Shown here: one piece after another, positions 17,601-27,811 of the stretch
Numbering within the stretch: the first letter of the stretch is position 1
How the letters are laid out: each line of letters starts with the position of its first letter
Source: a virus
DNA: 64,000 nucleotides
Reading direction: 5' to 3' (one strand)
Virus record (IMG/VR): IMGVR_UViG_3300025127_000023
Location: 5,533 to 69,532 of that record
The notes under the pieces: generated by a model
Told to the model about the DNA's origin: nothing
Databases searched by the model: none
What the model saw: the letters and a program-made list of their open reading frames with translations, nothing else
Position numbers and translations under genes: made by a program

Positions 17601-17951
17601 TTGAGTGATGAACCCAACGCTATGTTATTGATGAAAGCACTCATTGGTAAAATGGAGAGCATGGACGCGGAATTGAACATGTTGCGAAAGCAAGTGTCTA
17701 ATCCTCAAGCCATGCTTCGTAAGTCGGGATTTGTCAAAGCCATAACACCTGCGAGCGAAGATGTATGGGGCGACCCACTTCGCGGCGACCGCGACGAAGT
17801 TATCGCTAAAGCAGGTGATGGAGTCAACGAAAGTTTAGGTATAGCAATGCCATCAACAAATGAAGAATGGCACGAAATGAGTTGGGAAGATATTCACGCG
17901 ATGGCAAATGTCGCCGCAGAAGCAGAAGGAAGGAGGATTGACCCACAATGA
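17601..17951 (+). CDS. Scaffold-like protein with coiled coil and MSWEDIHAMA motif
   Basis: C-terminal motif matches the C-terminus of the protease-scaffold gene. Confidence 0.75.
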   Translation: MSDEPNAMLLMKALIGKMESMDAELNMLRKQVSNPQAMLRKSGFVKAITPASEDVWGDPLRGDRDEVIAKAGDGVNESLGIAMPSTNEEWHEMSWEDIHAMANVAAEAEGRRIDPQ

Positions 17952-18286
17952 AACCAATGAAAGTTGAAGCAGGTGAACACGCGCCCGATTTAGAAGCACT
18001 ACTCAAAGAAGCCAAAGCCGTTGAAGGCAAGTTTGGTTCAAAGAATGCTGACGCGTTCCAAAGTGTTCGCGGTGTTGAAACTGTCAAGCCCGGTTATTAT
18101 TGGACGAATCAAATGCCGGTTGATGTTGAAGATGTCAAGCGCGCTGAACCAAAGGCCGAGTCTGTTGACCTAAGCAATATCAAAGCGAATCCACATGAAG
18201 GCGCACTACCTGCTCACGAAAACAACGCAGGTGGCGACCCGGATAAAAGCCCACCAAGCGCGTTTAATCTAACAGACTACTATTGA
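17948..18286 (+). CDS. Hypothetical head-module protein
   Basis: GGAGG SD, ATGA overlap. Confidence 0.75.
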   Translation: MKPMKVEAGEHAPDLEALLKEAKAVEGKFGSKNADAFQSVRGVETVKPGYYWTNQMPVDVEDVKRAEPKAESVDLSNIKANPHEGALPAHENNAGGDPDKSPPSAFNLTDYY

Positions 18287-18298
18287 GGTGGTGGTCGT

Positions 18299-21200
18299 GT
18301 GTCAAAAGAGAATGCAGTTCGTTATCACCAACGCGTGATGAACGACTACATTCAAGCACGATTCATTCACAAATCCGAAGCACTCAACGAAGCCGCAGAT
18401 GTTCTGTTCAGCAGAAACAATTTGCTCAATTACGGCTACGCGCTACCACCATTTATTCGCGAAGTTGAAGCGCATATCCAAAAGGCTGTTGAGATTGAAA
18501 GAACAGCACAAGACCAACAGCCCGGCGCGCCGAATGTAGGCGAGCAGGGGTATGGTGAATCCGCAACCCTCTCCGATAGAGCATGGCGGCGTATGATGCG
18601 TGAAGGCCACGCAGGAGCGCAGACAGGTGTGGGTAAACGGCACTCGCGAAAAATGCGCGATGTTGTCGGAAGAGATTTAGACACAGATGACCCGAATCCA
18701 AAAGCGCGCAGAAGGGCGTTAGAACGCATATACCGTTGGCGAGGTAATCACAGCGAAAACCGTCAACACACCGAGTTCCAACCTCATAAGGCGCATCATT
18801 TAGCAAAACTCGGCTTCTTTGGTCGTCCGGGCGCAACACCTAACCTACACGGTCATACTCCGTTGGCCTTCAATCTCATTCAAGAAACATATCATCGTTC
18901 ACCCGGCAAATTGGACGAGATGATGATTGAGGCTGAAAAGCACATGCCACCTGCCACGACAAGCGACCTCATGCTTGGTAAGTGGAGTGGTGATGGTGTC
19001 ACACATGATAAATTGAGAAAGCAAGCGTTGAGAAGGTTTAGGGAAGCGCATAGAGAAAAGTTCCCTCAAAGCAGACAGCCCGACATCAATGATTTTTTCC
19101 ACCACAAGATGTATGAGTTGCGCGGCGTTCCAAGCGACCAATTGTTTGATAGCGACTTGTATGACCAAGACACAGGACAGATGACCTACGCGAACATTGA
19201 TGACATGGTGAAACAAAACCGACATCGCGAGATGGGATTCTTACCCGTTATGCTTGGTATCACGATGCTTGACTATGAAGACCAACTCAAAGTAATTGAT
19301 TGGATGGTGAGTGGCGGAGGCGCAAAAACAGACGAGAACGGGAAGTTCCTTGCCTCCGAGAGTTTTGATGATTCGCTACTTGAAGAGGCGTTTGGTAATG
19401 AGCGACATGCGCGCGGTTTCGTATCTCGCAACATGAAGTTGTTTTCCAAAGCATTGCATCAACTCTATTCCGGCTTCCCCGGCAGTTCACATGCAGGAAC
19501 AGTCGCGGGACGACCAAGCGATGAGCAGATGAAAGGGTTTCAAGACCGTTCACCAAAACTTGTTTTGGACGCAGAAGGTAATTGGCAACGCGTCGCAGGT
19601 AAGAACTCAATCCAAAGAAGGCGCGAAGAGTTTGCGAAAGACCCCGAAGCGGTCAATGACAGTTGGCGACAGAAGGGTATCAAGTTTGACGCAGACCGTT
19701 ATGATGAGATGATTGAAGAAGTGCTTGGTAGGGATATAGCGGCGAACATTCGTAAAGTGACAGGCATCAAACACAAGAAGGAAATGCCGATTATTCCCGA
19801 CTTTGAATATGCAATCAAGTTGGGTATCGTGTCGCCCGAAGATGTGCAAGAAGCACAGAATCACATTGTAGCGAGCGCGAATCATCAAATATCCACGGCA
19901 GAACACTTCGGTTTGCTTGAGAATTACAACCACACTCACAAATTGAAAGACCACACTTTTCATCCGAAGGACAAACCGGAATACGAAGAAACACCGCTTG
20001 ACTTTGTTGTTCACGCTTTAGGTAATGGTATGGGTTCACTTTCGCGCGAATGGCATGAGATAGCAGACGCTTTTGCGGAGTTTGCCCCCGGTGTGTTTTT
20101 CAGCAACTTGGCGAAAGAAGTGCCTCCGAAGATTTTCCCTTCTCGCGGCCTTCCCGATACGAGAGGCAACTACAAAGGCAACAAACCCGTTATGCAAAGT
20201 TGGCAATACACCGACGACATGAGCAACGCTGAAAGGATTGAACACGCCAAGTCTTTGCGAAGATGGCTCAATGAAATGGGCGCGAGTAAAGAAGAAAAGG
20301 ATAGCGCGGAAGCGAGATTAGCGGACGGTAAACGAGTTGAATATGAAGCCTATCCAAGCCGACCCGATGGTAAGTCGCAATCACAAGCAACGCGCGAAAT
20401 AATGTCTTTGCCGGAAGATGAAAACAGACCGGGAGAGGGTAGCCTTGATTTGGACTTCTCTCAAGAAGAGTTTGAGATGGCTTTGAAAAACAATCCTCAA
20501 TACTACCCCGCGTCGCCGGGATTGAACTTCTTGCATTGTTTACTCCCTTACAGCATAGACATGCCGATGGGTGGTATTCTGTCCGCAGAAGCAAAGTCGG
20601 GCAGAACCAACAACAACTATTCCTATCACCCTTCATCAACGCATAGAGCGCAAAGAGCCGCCGCGATGAGAGAAGCGGATGACGGAAGGACATTTCGCAG
20701 TGGTCAACAGATTTACAGTGAATTGGAACAGGCGACCAAAAAGCGTGGATTTTACGACCATTCATACAACACCAATCTAACCAAAGACGACGCTCTCGCG
20801 ATGTTAGCAAGAAAGCATTTGTTGGTCGCTAACGCGCATCATCATCCGACAACTCACGATGAAAAACATCACGAAGAGTGGAAGGAGAGAGCCGCGAACT
20901 CAAAGTCAATCCTGTCGTCCAAAGACCACAAAGATGTCTTGGGGCGACCCGACGCTGATATGGCAAGTGAGTTGGTTGGCACTGAACCATTTGAAGACTA
21001 CGGCAGTGCGATATACGACAGCGAGCAATACACGAAAGCGTTGGGTGCGCATGGTGATGGTAAGATTTTGAGAGTTCAAGCCTTGCACAACAAGTCATTT
21101 GCAGGATTGGGGGAACTGAAAGAGTTCATTCTCGCGAACACAACCGACGCGAAAGGAACACCTGTTGGTGAATTGGACTATGGCACACGAAAAAGAATCT

Positions 21201-24200
21201 TGGAGAGTGCAGAAGAAGGAGAGTTCAAAGGCTTCTATGTCAATGATGAGGGACAAGTGAAACGCTTGAACAGCGCGCCTTCCGAGCAACAACACTATCA
21301 GTGGGCTTGCAAAACAATCCGTGAAAGAGTCCGCGATGCAGTAAGAGATGGTAAAGAGGACATCGCTGACTTGGCAACTCAACAACTGCATCAACAAATG
21401 AAACACGCGCACAAAGTAACGGGTGTCAATCCAACACCATCTCCACATGAGCGTATGCAATACGAAATAGACCACGCGCTACAAACACATGAAGCAACAA
21501 AATTAGCAACAAAAGTCTTCATTCCTCTTATTCAAGCAACTCACCCTAACGCTCTCCGCACAGGAACAGCGCGAGAAAACAACGAGGCTCACCCGAACAT
21601 GGCAGTTGTTTACAACATGGCTGAACGGTTTATGCGAAACAAGACACCGGAACAGCGCGAGAAGTTCCTTAGAGATGGCAAAGTGCATTATCTCAAAGAA
21701 GACGGTGATGTTGGAGAACTTGACATAGCGGACTTTTGTAGTGAAGATTTGAGAAATGAAATCCGCGACTTTACAGTTCCGCGCATGTCGTTTACTGAAC
21801 CTGCGCCGGACTTGAGAAACGCGGAACAGCACTTCGCACCTTTGGCAACCAAAGGTCAAGAACCAACGGGCAATCATGTGCTTGAAGCGTTTGTCAATGG
21901 CGATATAGGTCGTCAAGACCCCGAATTAGGAAAGGAATACAGAATTGTTCAAACCGTCTTTAATAGAGCGCGTAATGCATGTAAGGACAAAAACAGCACC
22001 GAGGAATTGATGAAGCGAGTGTATGCCCGATACATTCCTCACAACAAGGACAGTCAAGAACCAATTGAGAACGCGAAGCATAATTTCATTCGCAATTTAG
22101 GCGACCATCATCATGAAGGAACATATCGCGTGGACGGTCAAACTGTAATCCCGTTGATGAGTGGCGGAGAGGGGGTTAGTATGCATGAGGCTCATGGTAA
22201 TAGGCGGCGTAATGAGTTTATCTCACAAAGGACAGAAATCAAGGCGTTGAACGCTGTGTTGCAGGACATCAAATCTCAAACACAAGGCACACCTTATGCC
22301 TCCGACTTGGGCGACACATTTACCTTGATGGCTCAAAAGAAAGCGATGCAGAAACTACCGAGAAAATTGAAGGAGGTCTTCGCTGAACTCGCGAACCCAA
22401 CGAAGTTGAAAGGTGAGAGGGGAGCCGCACCTGCTAAATTGATACAGCAAAAAGTCGGAGGTCGTCATCCCGACCACGCGCCTCTTCCTGCTATCAGTGA
22501 TTGCTTGGCGGGTAAAGACCAAGTAGGAATAACTGCTGACCCTGCCTTCTTATTCCGCGATGCTTACATGGGACATGAAGACCCCGAAAGCAACAAACTG
22601 TTGTTGGATAATCCGAAGAAGAACCACTTTCACCAATCAGCAGGGCGGCATGTAGCGCATGTATCTCCCGATTTGCTGAAAGATTGCTTTGAAGGAATGA
22701 ACAATTACGATGGTTCAATTTACCAAAACCATGAGCAACAACCATTACAGATTACTTCTTCTCAACTACCGGCGGGAGAGGGCATGAACACAGACCAACG
22801 CGCCGCACAAGTCGCAATGGACGCGGCAACCAACAACTCGCAACAGTTCTTTCAACTGTGCGCGGATAGGGTCACAGACGATACTTTACTCATCAAAGAT
22901 GATGGCAGACCTGTTCCTATCAAATCAATGCACAGAATCTTTGACCTTGATGATTTGAAACACCTTCGCGGATTTAGCGGCGATTGGATTGCTTCGCACA
23001 TACCAAGCGGTGAGCCTGTCATTCTGCAAAAGAAAGGTAAGCGCGTCAAAGCATACAACGCGGAGATGAAACTTGTTGAGTTAGCAGACTGTTGTGAAGA
23101 GGACATTCCTAAAGTGAATGACAAAGATTTCGTTGTTCACGCCGTCGTTGGTGATAGGATGGTTTACTTCATTGATTTGCTTGAAGCAGGTGATGAGAAG
23201 ACACACAACATGCCCGCCAAAGATAGGGTAAGACACTTACGCGCACAATTTGAATCAACAGAAACCGTCAAGATGCCCGAACCATACAACACAAAACGCA
23301 GTGATGATGCAGGTTTGGCGCAAGCGGTTTCGTTGTTGCGCGACGAAGCACCAAGCGATATTCTGTTGCGCGATGCTTCTGCTACCTACATGAGAGGCGA
23401 GATACGACACCCGAAGTGGATTTTGTTAAGCAAGGAAAAGAAGGTTGATGTCATCGTTCTTGACCGCAAAGGCACAAATTATCGCATCGGTGTTGGTCCA
23501 ATCATGCACCCCGAAAACTACGGTTCGCGTTCTGTTGAGTTTGAAGGCAATCATTACATGGATATTGGAAGCGCGAAAGGACCGAGAGGTTTTGACAAAG
23601 GGGAGTATGTGAGTGTATTCTGCACAGGCGTTTCATCCAATCAAGCCGAACACCCTGTATTCACAATCCGTTCTGCGCGTATTGACCGTGATGCTCACCC
23701 TCAAGCGGCGGATAGCGTTGAGTCGCTATCCATCATGCTTGGTGAATCCAAAGTGCCACACCGAGCGCGATTGAAGAAAGGTCGCATTCACATTGAGTTC
23801 CCTGCGGTTCATGATGAAGTCATTTACGATGTCATCAAAGAAGACGGTGGTTGGATGCTGAAACCACAGAAGAGTATGTGGGGGACTGATGATTACTTGT
23901 TCAAACTGTCCGAAGATATGCGACAGTTTTGGCAACCAATTGCAACAGTGTTGTTGAAGCGCGACTCCGAGAAGATGATTGACAGGGTTAATCGCGATGA
24001 AGACGATGAAGTGAAACCGGAAGAACCCGCAGGACACAGAAAAGAACGAAAAAAGATACTCCCGAAAGAAGAAGAAATCATCAAACGCGGTCTTGAGTTG
24101 CTTGAGCGATTGCGTAAGGAGAAGATAACACACACCGGAGTTGAAGGTCTTGGTGTTGATTTCGCAGATGCAGATGTTGAGTCCCCGCGAGGTCCAACAA

Positions 24201-24367
24201 CCAACATGAATGATGACACAATGCCGGACTTTGACCCTGCGGCTCGCGAATACAAAGAAAAACCTGCCGAAACCAACAAAAAAACGAAGCGTATTCGCAC
24301 CACTGAAGGCGAAGAAGCCATCACTGACCATCGCGGCAACATCACAATTACTGACCCGCGCGTTTGA
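18299..24367 (+). CDS. 2022-aa protein with C-terminal degenerate ATP-dependent DNA ligase-like domain
   Basis: WIASHIPSGEPV (motif I position), YFIDLL, ILLRDASATYMRG...KWILL, DVIVL OB-fold-like start; GAGGTGG SD before GTG. Confidence 0.8.
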   Translation: MSKENAVRYHQRVMNDYIQARFIHKSEALNEAADVLFSRNNLLNYGYALPPFIREVEAHIQKAVEIERTAQDQQPGAPNVGEQGYGESATLSDRAWRRMMREGHAGAQTGVGKRHSRKMRDVVGRDLDTDDPNPKARRRALERIYRWRGNHSENRQHTEFQPHKAHHLAKLGFFGRPGATPNLHGHTPLAFNLIQETYHRSPGKLDEMMIEAEKHMPPATTSDLMLGKWSGDGVTHDKLRKQALRRFREAHREKFPQSRQPDINDFFHHKMYELRGVPSDQLFDSDLYDQDTGQMTYANIDDMVKQNRHREMGFLPVMLGITMLDYEDQLKVIDWMVSGGGAKTDENGKFLASESFDDSLLEEAFGNERHARGFVSRNMKLFSKALHQLYSGFPGSSHAGTVAGRPSDEQMKGFQDRSPKLVLDAEGNWQRVAGKNSIQRRREEFAKDPEAVNDSWRQKGIKFDADRYDEMIEEVLGRDIAANIRKVTGIKHKKEMPIIPDFEYAIKLGIVSPEDVQEAQNHIVASANHQISTAEHFGLLENYNHTHKLKDHTFHPKDKPEYEETPLDFVVHALGNGMGSLSREWHEIADAFAEFAPGVFFSNLAKEVPPKIFPSRGLPDTRGNYKGNKPVMQSWQYTDDMSNAERIEHAKSLRRWLNEMGASKEEKDSAEARLADGKRVEYEAYPSRPDGKSQSQATREIMSLPEDENRPGEGSLDLDFSQEEFEMALKNNPQYYPASPGLNFLHCLLPYSIDMPMGGILSAEAKSGRTNNNYSYHPSSTHRAQRAAAMREADDGRTFRSGQQIYSELEQATKKRGFYDHSYNTNLTKDDALAMLARKHLLVANAHHHPTTHDEKHHEEWKERAANSKSILSSKDHKDVLGRPDADMASELVGTEPFEDYGSAIYDSEQYTKALGAHGDGKILRVQALHNKSFAGLGELKEFILANTTDAKGTPVGELDYGTRKRILESAEEGEFKGFYVNDEGQVKRLNSAPSEQQHYQWACKTIRERVRDAVRDGKEDIADLATQQLHQQMKHAHKVTGVNPTPSPHERMQYEIDHALQTHEATKLATKVFIPLIQATHPNALRTGTARENNEAHPNMAVVYNMAERFMRNKTPEQREKFLRDGKVHYLKEDGDVGELDIADFCSEDLRNEIRDFTVPRMSFTEPAPDLRNAEQHFAPLATKGQEPTGNHVLEAFVNGDIGRQDPELGKEYRIVQTVFNRARNACKDKNSTEELMKRVYARYIPHNKDSQEPIENAKHNFIRNLGDHHHEGTYRVDGQTVIPLMSGGEGVSMHEAHGNRRRNEFISQRTEIKALNAVLQDIKSQTQGTPYASDLGDTFTLMAQKKAMQKLPRKLKEVFAELANPTKLKGERGAAPAKLIQQKVGGRHPDHAPLPAISDCLAGKDQVGITADPAFLFRDAYMGHEDPESNKLLLDNPKKNHFHQSAGRHVAHVSPDLLKDCFEGMNNYDGSIYQNHEQQPLQITSSQLPAGEGMNTDQRAAQVAMDAATNNSQQFFQLCADRVTDDTLLIKDDGRPVPIKSMHRIFDLDDLKHLRGFSGDWIASHIPSGEPVILQKKGKRVKAYNAEMKLVELADCCEEDIPKVNDKDFVVHAVVGDRMVYFIDLLEAGDEKTHNMPAKDRVRHLRAQFESTETVKMPEPYNTKRSDDAGLAQAVSLLRDEAPSDILLRDASATYMRGEIRHPKWILLSKEKKVDVIVLDRKGTNYRIGVGPIMHPENYGSRSVEFEGNHYMDIGSAKGPRGFDKGEYVSVFCTGVSSNQAEHPVFTIRSARIDRDAHPQAADSVESLSIMLGESKVPHRARLKKGRIHIEFPAVHDEVIYDVIKEDGGWMLKPQKSMWGTDDYLFKLSEDMRQFWQPIATVLLKRDSEKMIDRVNRDEDDEVKPEEPAGHRKERKKILPKEEEIIKRGLELLERLRKEKITHTGVEGLGVDFADADVESPRGPTTNMNDDTMPDFDPAAREYKEKPAETNKKTKRIRTTEGEEAITDHRGNITITDPRV

Positions 24368-24370
24368 TAT
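24363..24370 (+). promoter_or_regulatory. Putative TATA-like box for the protease/capsid operon
   Basis: TTTGATAT about 31 nt before an ATG (24395) that lacks an SD. Confidence 0.4.
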
Positions 24371-24394
24371 ACTTGTAGCGCATGAACGAAGACA

Positions 24395-25840
24395 ATGGCA
24401 ATTCTTGCACCCTCTCAATCCACCCCTCTTGTTCTCAAGGGGTTCGGTGATGATTTGGTTGTCGCAGGTTATGCTTCTGTTGAGATGGTTGACAAGCAAG
24501 GCGACCTCATTACTCGCGGTGCTTTGAAAGATGCGTTTAACGGATTCATGAAAGCAGAAGGATTCCGCAATGTGCAACTTGCACACTCTAACATTCAAGT
24601 GGGAACAGTGATTCCCTCTTACACTGACAGCAATGGCCGCGTATGGAAGTCCGAAGTGGACGATACCGGAATGTTTGTTGTCATTCAACTACGCGGCGAT
24701 ATTGAAAAGGCTCGCGAAGTTGCATCCGAAATCCGCAAGGGCAACCTGCGGTCGTTCTCAATAGGCGGTCAAGCCTTTGAGCGCGTCAACAAAAGCGACG
24801 CTACTCGCGGAGATTACCGCGAGATTCGTCGTATGGAACTCCATGAGGTTACGATTTGTGAGAAGGGTATCAATCCCGAAGCGCAGTTTCGCATTCTCAA
24901 GGAAGACACAGGTGATACAATGACTGACCCAATGAGCGAACTACAAAGCGTATTAGAAAGGCTATCCAAGAAATTGGATGACGAAGAAGACGACAAGAAA
25001 AAGAAGGACGAGGATTCCGAAAAAGGGAAAATGCCTCGTTCACTTGACCCCGATGGCGACGGCGACCCCGGACCATTCGGTGATAAACCAAAGATGAAAA
25101 CTCCACCTCGCGACGACGACGACGACGAAGACCCGGAAATGGGAATGTATGAGGACGACGACGACGACGAGGATGACGAGAACGAAGACATGATGTATGG
25201 TGATGACATGACAGCAAAAGCAGAAGATATGATAACGATGGACTATCTCAATTGGCTTGAGCAAACAGCAAAGAGTCAAGGACATGACATTGCTGACGCT
25301 CGCGCCCATTTTGATAGCGTGAACAAAGGATATGGACCGGGCGAGCCGGGCTACACCCACCGAGGACAAGGTTCTCTTGAGGGTGCAGGTGAAGGCGAAT
25401 CCTCCAAGCGACCGAAAATGGACTTTGGTGCGGCTCCAAAAGGCAACACCAATGTCATCAAAGCGACTGAATACTTGAACAGTGAAAATGTTTCACAGTC
25501 CGATATTGAAGCCGCTTACGAAGTTTACAAGGCGGCGGCTACTGAACAGCAGTTCAAAGGCTCACTTGGCAACTACTTCGCAGAAAGGCTCGCGGCAGAA
25601 CAGACTATCGCGAAGAACGAGAAGGCAAAGACCGAGTTTGATGCTCGCAAGCCTCTTCTTGAACTCCAAAAGGCTGTTGTCGCGCTTGACCAACGCATCA
25701 GCAATGTTTCAACCACAGGAGAAACTTTCGCAAAGAGTGCTGACAGCACTTCAATTCGCGTTCCCGATACTACTGAAATGGCAAACATGTCGTGGGATGA
25801 TGTTCACCGACTTGCCGACAAAGCATTGAGGGGAGAGTGA
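24395..25840 (+). CDS. Prohead protease fused to acidic scaffold domain
   Basis: GYASVEMVDKQGD, His motif LAHSN, Ser motif SFSIGG, EVTICEKGINPEA; acidic and coiled-coil C-terminal half; directly upstream of MCP. Confidence 0.92.
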   Translation: MAILAPSQSTPLVLKGFGDDLVVAGYASVEMVDKQGDLITRGALKDAFNGFMKAEGFRNVQLAHSNIQVGTVIPSYTDSNGRVWKSEVDDTGMFVVIQLRGDIEKAREVASEIRKGNLRSFSIGGQAFERVNKSDATRGDYREIRRMELHEVTICEKGINPEAQFRILKEDTGDTMTDPMSELQSVLERLSKKLDDEEDDKKKKDEDSEKGKMPRSLDPDGDGDPGPFGDKPKMKTPPRDDDDDEDPEMGMYEDDDDDEDDENEDMMYGDDMTAKAEDMITMDYLNWLEQTAKSQGHDIADARAHFDSVNKGYGPGEPGYTHRGQGSLEGAGEGESSKRPKMDFGAAPKGNTNVIKATEYLNSENVSQSDIEAAYEVYKAAATEQQFKGSLGNYFAERLAAEQTIAKNEKAKTEFDARKPLLELQKAVVALDQRISNVSTTGETFAKSADSTSIRVPDTTEMANMSWDDVHRLADKALRGE

Positions 25841-25845
25841 TTAAA

Positions 25846-27012
25846 ATGGCACGAAATTATGTAAGAACAGTTCAAGACATGGAGCGATACTACTACGGTG
25901 GTGCGGCTCAAACCGGATATACCTACTCAAGTGGCGACATTTTGAAGGCTGACAGCCCTCTTATGTCAACCACCGCAGGAACTTACCAAGCAGTTTACGG
26001 ACGCAAAGTTTGGTCGCAGTTGAACCAAGAGTTCAACGCGTTTTCAATCTTGCCGAAGAAGCCGTGGGAGCGCAGTGGATGGCGTATTCTTACCGAGCGC
26101 GCCTCCTTCACAAAGGGCGGCGGTGTTGCTGAAAACGCAACGCTACCGGAAACCTCCCGACCGGAGTTCCTGCATGTGGCCGCAAAGCCAAAGACCATCG
26201 CGCATACTTTTGACTTGTCCGAAGTGAGCATGTTCTTGTCCGACAAGGACGATGGTATGGGCGATGTCCGCCAAGTTCTCAAAGAAGAGATGGGTAAGCA
26301 CCACGCGGAGCATGTCAATCTCATGATGCTTGAAGATGTTACGACTCCTGCCGGAAACGACTTTGAATCTCTTGACAGGCTCACTTCCGACCCTGCCAAG
26401 CAGACCACCACGCAAGGTGCAGTGAACACCCTTACCGACCACGACATGTATTCAATTACTCGCGACGGTAGTGCGGCATTCCACAGTGCAGAAGTTGACA
26501 TTGGCGGCGACGCTTCAACTTCCGCGACCAACCGAAACCTATCGCTGAACCAACTTGATGGTCTATTCCAACAGATTTGGACTCGCGGTGGTAATCCAAA
26601 GGTCATGCTAACAGGATATGATACGCTTATGCGCACTCAACAACTGTTGCAATCCCAACAGCGATTCATGGACTCCAAGAGAATCACACCTACTTACTCC
26701 GGTGTGAAAGGTGTTCCGGGTATTGAAGCAGGTTTCATCGTTGCTACTTACAACGGTGTCCCAATCATCCCAACAAAGGATATGCCGGACGACAGCGCGA
26801 CCTCCGCAGGTTCACTGTCCCGTATCTATTACCTTGACACTGACTACTTGTGGTTCCAAACTGCTATACCAACGCAATACTTTGAGTCCGGTATTGAAAC
26901 CGGCGACCCATTCGCGATTAACCGTCTTGGACAAGAGGGGCTTTACCGAACAATGGGCGAACTTTGGTGTTCGTTCTTTGGTGCAAGCGGGAGTATTCGC
27001 AACCTACAATGA
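25846..27012 (+). CDS. Major capsid protein (HK97 fold)
   Basis: 388 aa after protease; GVAENATLP, GIEAGFIVATYNGVPIIP, IYYLDTDYL segments typical of archaeal tailed-virus MCPs. Confidence 0.9.
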   Translation: MARNYVRTVQDMERYYYGGAAQTGYTYSSGDILKADSPLMSTTAGTYQAVYGRKVWSQLNQEFNAFSILPKKPWERSGWRILTERASFTKGGGVAENATLPETSRPEFLHVAAKPKTIAHTFDLSEVSMFLSDKDDGMGDVRQVLKEEMGKHHAEHVNLMMLEDVTTPAGNDFESLDRLTSDPAKQTTTQGAVNTLTDHDMYSITRDGSAAFHSAEVDIGGDASTSATNRNLSLNQLDGLFQQIWTRGGNPKVMLTGYDTLMRTQQLLQSQQRFMDSKRITPTYSGVKGVPGIEAGFIVATYNGVPIIPTKDMPDDSATSAGSLSRIYYLDTDYLWFQTAIPTQYFESGIETGDPFAINRLGQEGLYRTMGELWCSFFGASGSIRNLQ

Positions 27013-27027
27013 AGGAGATGATGAAGA

Positions 27028-27426
27028 ATGGCAATTACATACACAACGAGTGGAAGCGCAGTATTTACAGAAAGTTTTAGTTTGGACCTCTATGCGGGGA
27101 CTCTTACTACCGATGAAGAATGGCTCAAGGGTGGCGCATCAGCCGCATACCCCGGAAACCTTGATGGATTCCTTGCCGCGAACACCGAGGCAAACCCTGC
27201 TACAACGGGGTTGAAATTGGTTTGCGGTAAGTTCACTACCGTCCTTGCAAATGACGAAACCGTGACCCTTTCGGGCGATGCATCAAAGATTGTTGCAGTG
27301 CTTGTCGGTGCTACGAGTGTCGCCAACGCGGGTGTTGATTTGAAGAACATCACCAATGGTGTTGCTCAATTCACTGTCGTCGGCGCACCGGGAACGAATG
27401 TCACCGCATGGATGATTGTTGCTTGA
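27028..27426 (+). CDS. Probable minor capsid/decoration protein
   Basis: Beta-rich 132 aa directly after MCP; GGAGATGA SD. Confidence 0.6.
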   Translation: MAITYTTSGSAVFTESFSLDLYAGTLTTDEEWLKGGASAAYPGNLDGFLAANTEANPATTGLKLVCGKFTTVLANDETVTLSGDASKIVAVLVGATSVANAGVDLKNITNGVAQFTVVGAPGTNVTAWMIVA

Positions 27427-27437
27427 GGCTGATTTCC

Positions 27438-27809
27438 ATGCCTACTGTAACCTATCGCGGCGAGCAAAAAGCCGGTCGCAATATGGGTCCGATGGGGTAT
27501 TGGATTTGGGGTAAACCCGAACACAAGAGTCAAGAATGGATTGACGAGTTCGCGAAGGGTCTTACGAAAGACTTCTTGGTTGACGGAGTTCCTTTTGTTT
27601 TGTCCGCGTCGGAAGACGAGGGCAACGATGGGCTTCCCGACATGAAGTGGACGAAAGGCGACATCATGACTTGGATGGATGACAACGGCGTTGAATACAG
27701 CGCACTGAACACCAAAGCCAAGTTGCTCGCGAAAGTGGACGAACACCTTAACCCAACCGAAGACTCTATGACCGAAGGCGACATGGAAGACACAACAGGA
27801 GATGAATAA
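27438..27809 (+). CDS. Acidic protein with HeH/SAP-like bihelical motif
   Basis: WTKGDIMTWMDDNGVEYSALNTKAKLLAKV. Confidence 0.65.
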   Translation: MPTVTYRGEQKAGRNMGPMGYWIWGKPEHKSQEWIDEFAKGLTKDFLVDGVPFVLSASEDEGNDGLPDMKWTKGDIMTWMDDNGVEYSALNTKAKLLAKVDEHLNPTEDSMTEGDMEDTTGDE

Positions 27810-27811
27810 AC

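Noticed and set aside
23726-24688. 320-aa minus-strand ORF, and similar ones at 25995-26636, 35530-36279 and 50094-50771
   Set aside because: Antisense shadows of well-supported + genes with no SD and no recognisable motifs
25105-25185. GAC/GAT trinucleotide runs
   Set aside because: They encode the acidic linker of the scaffold; ordinary low complexity
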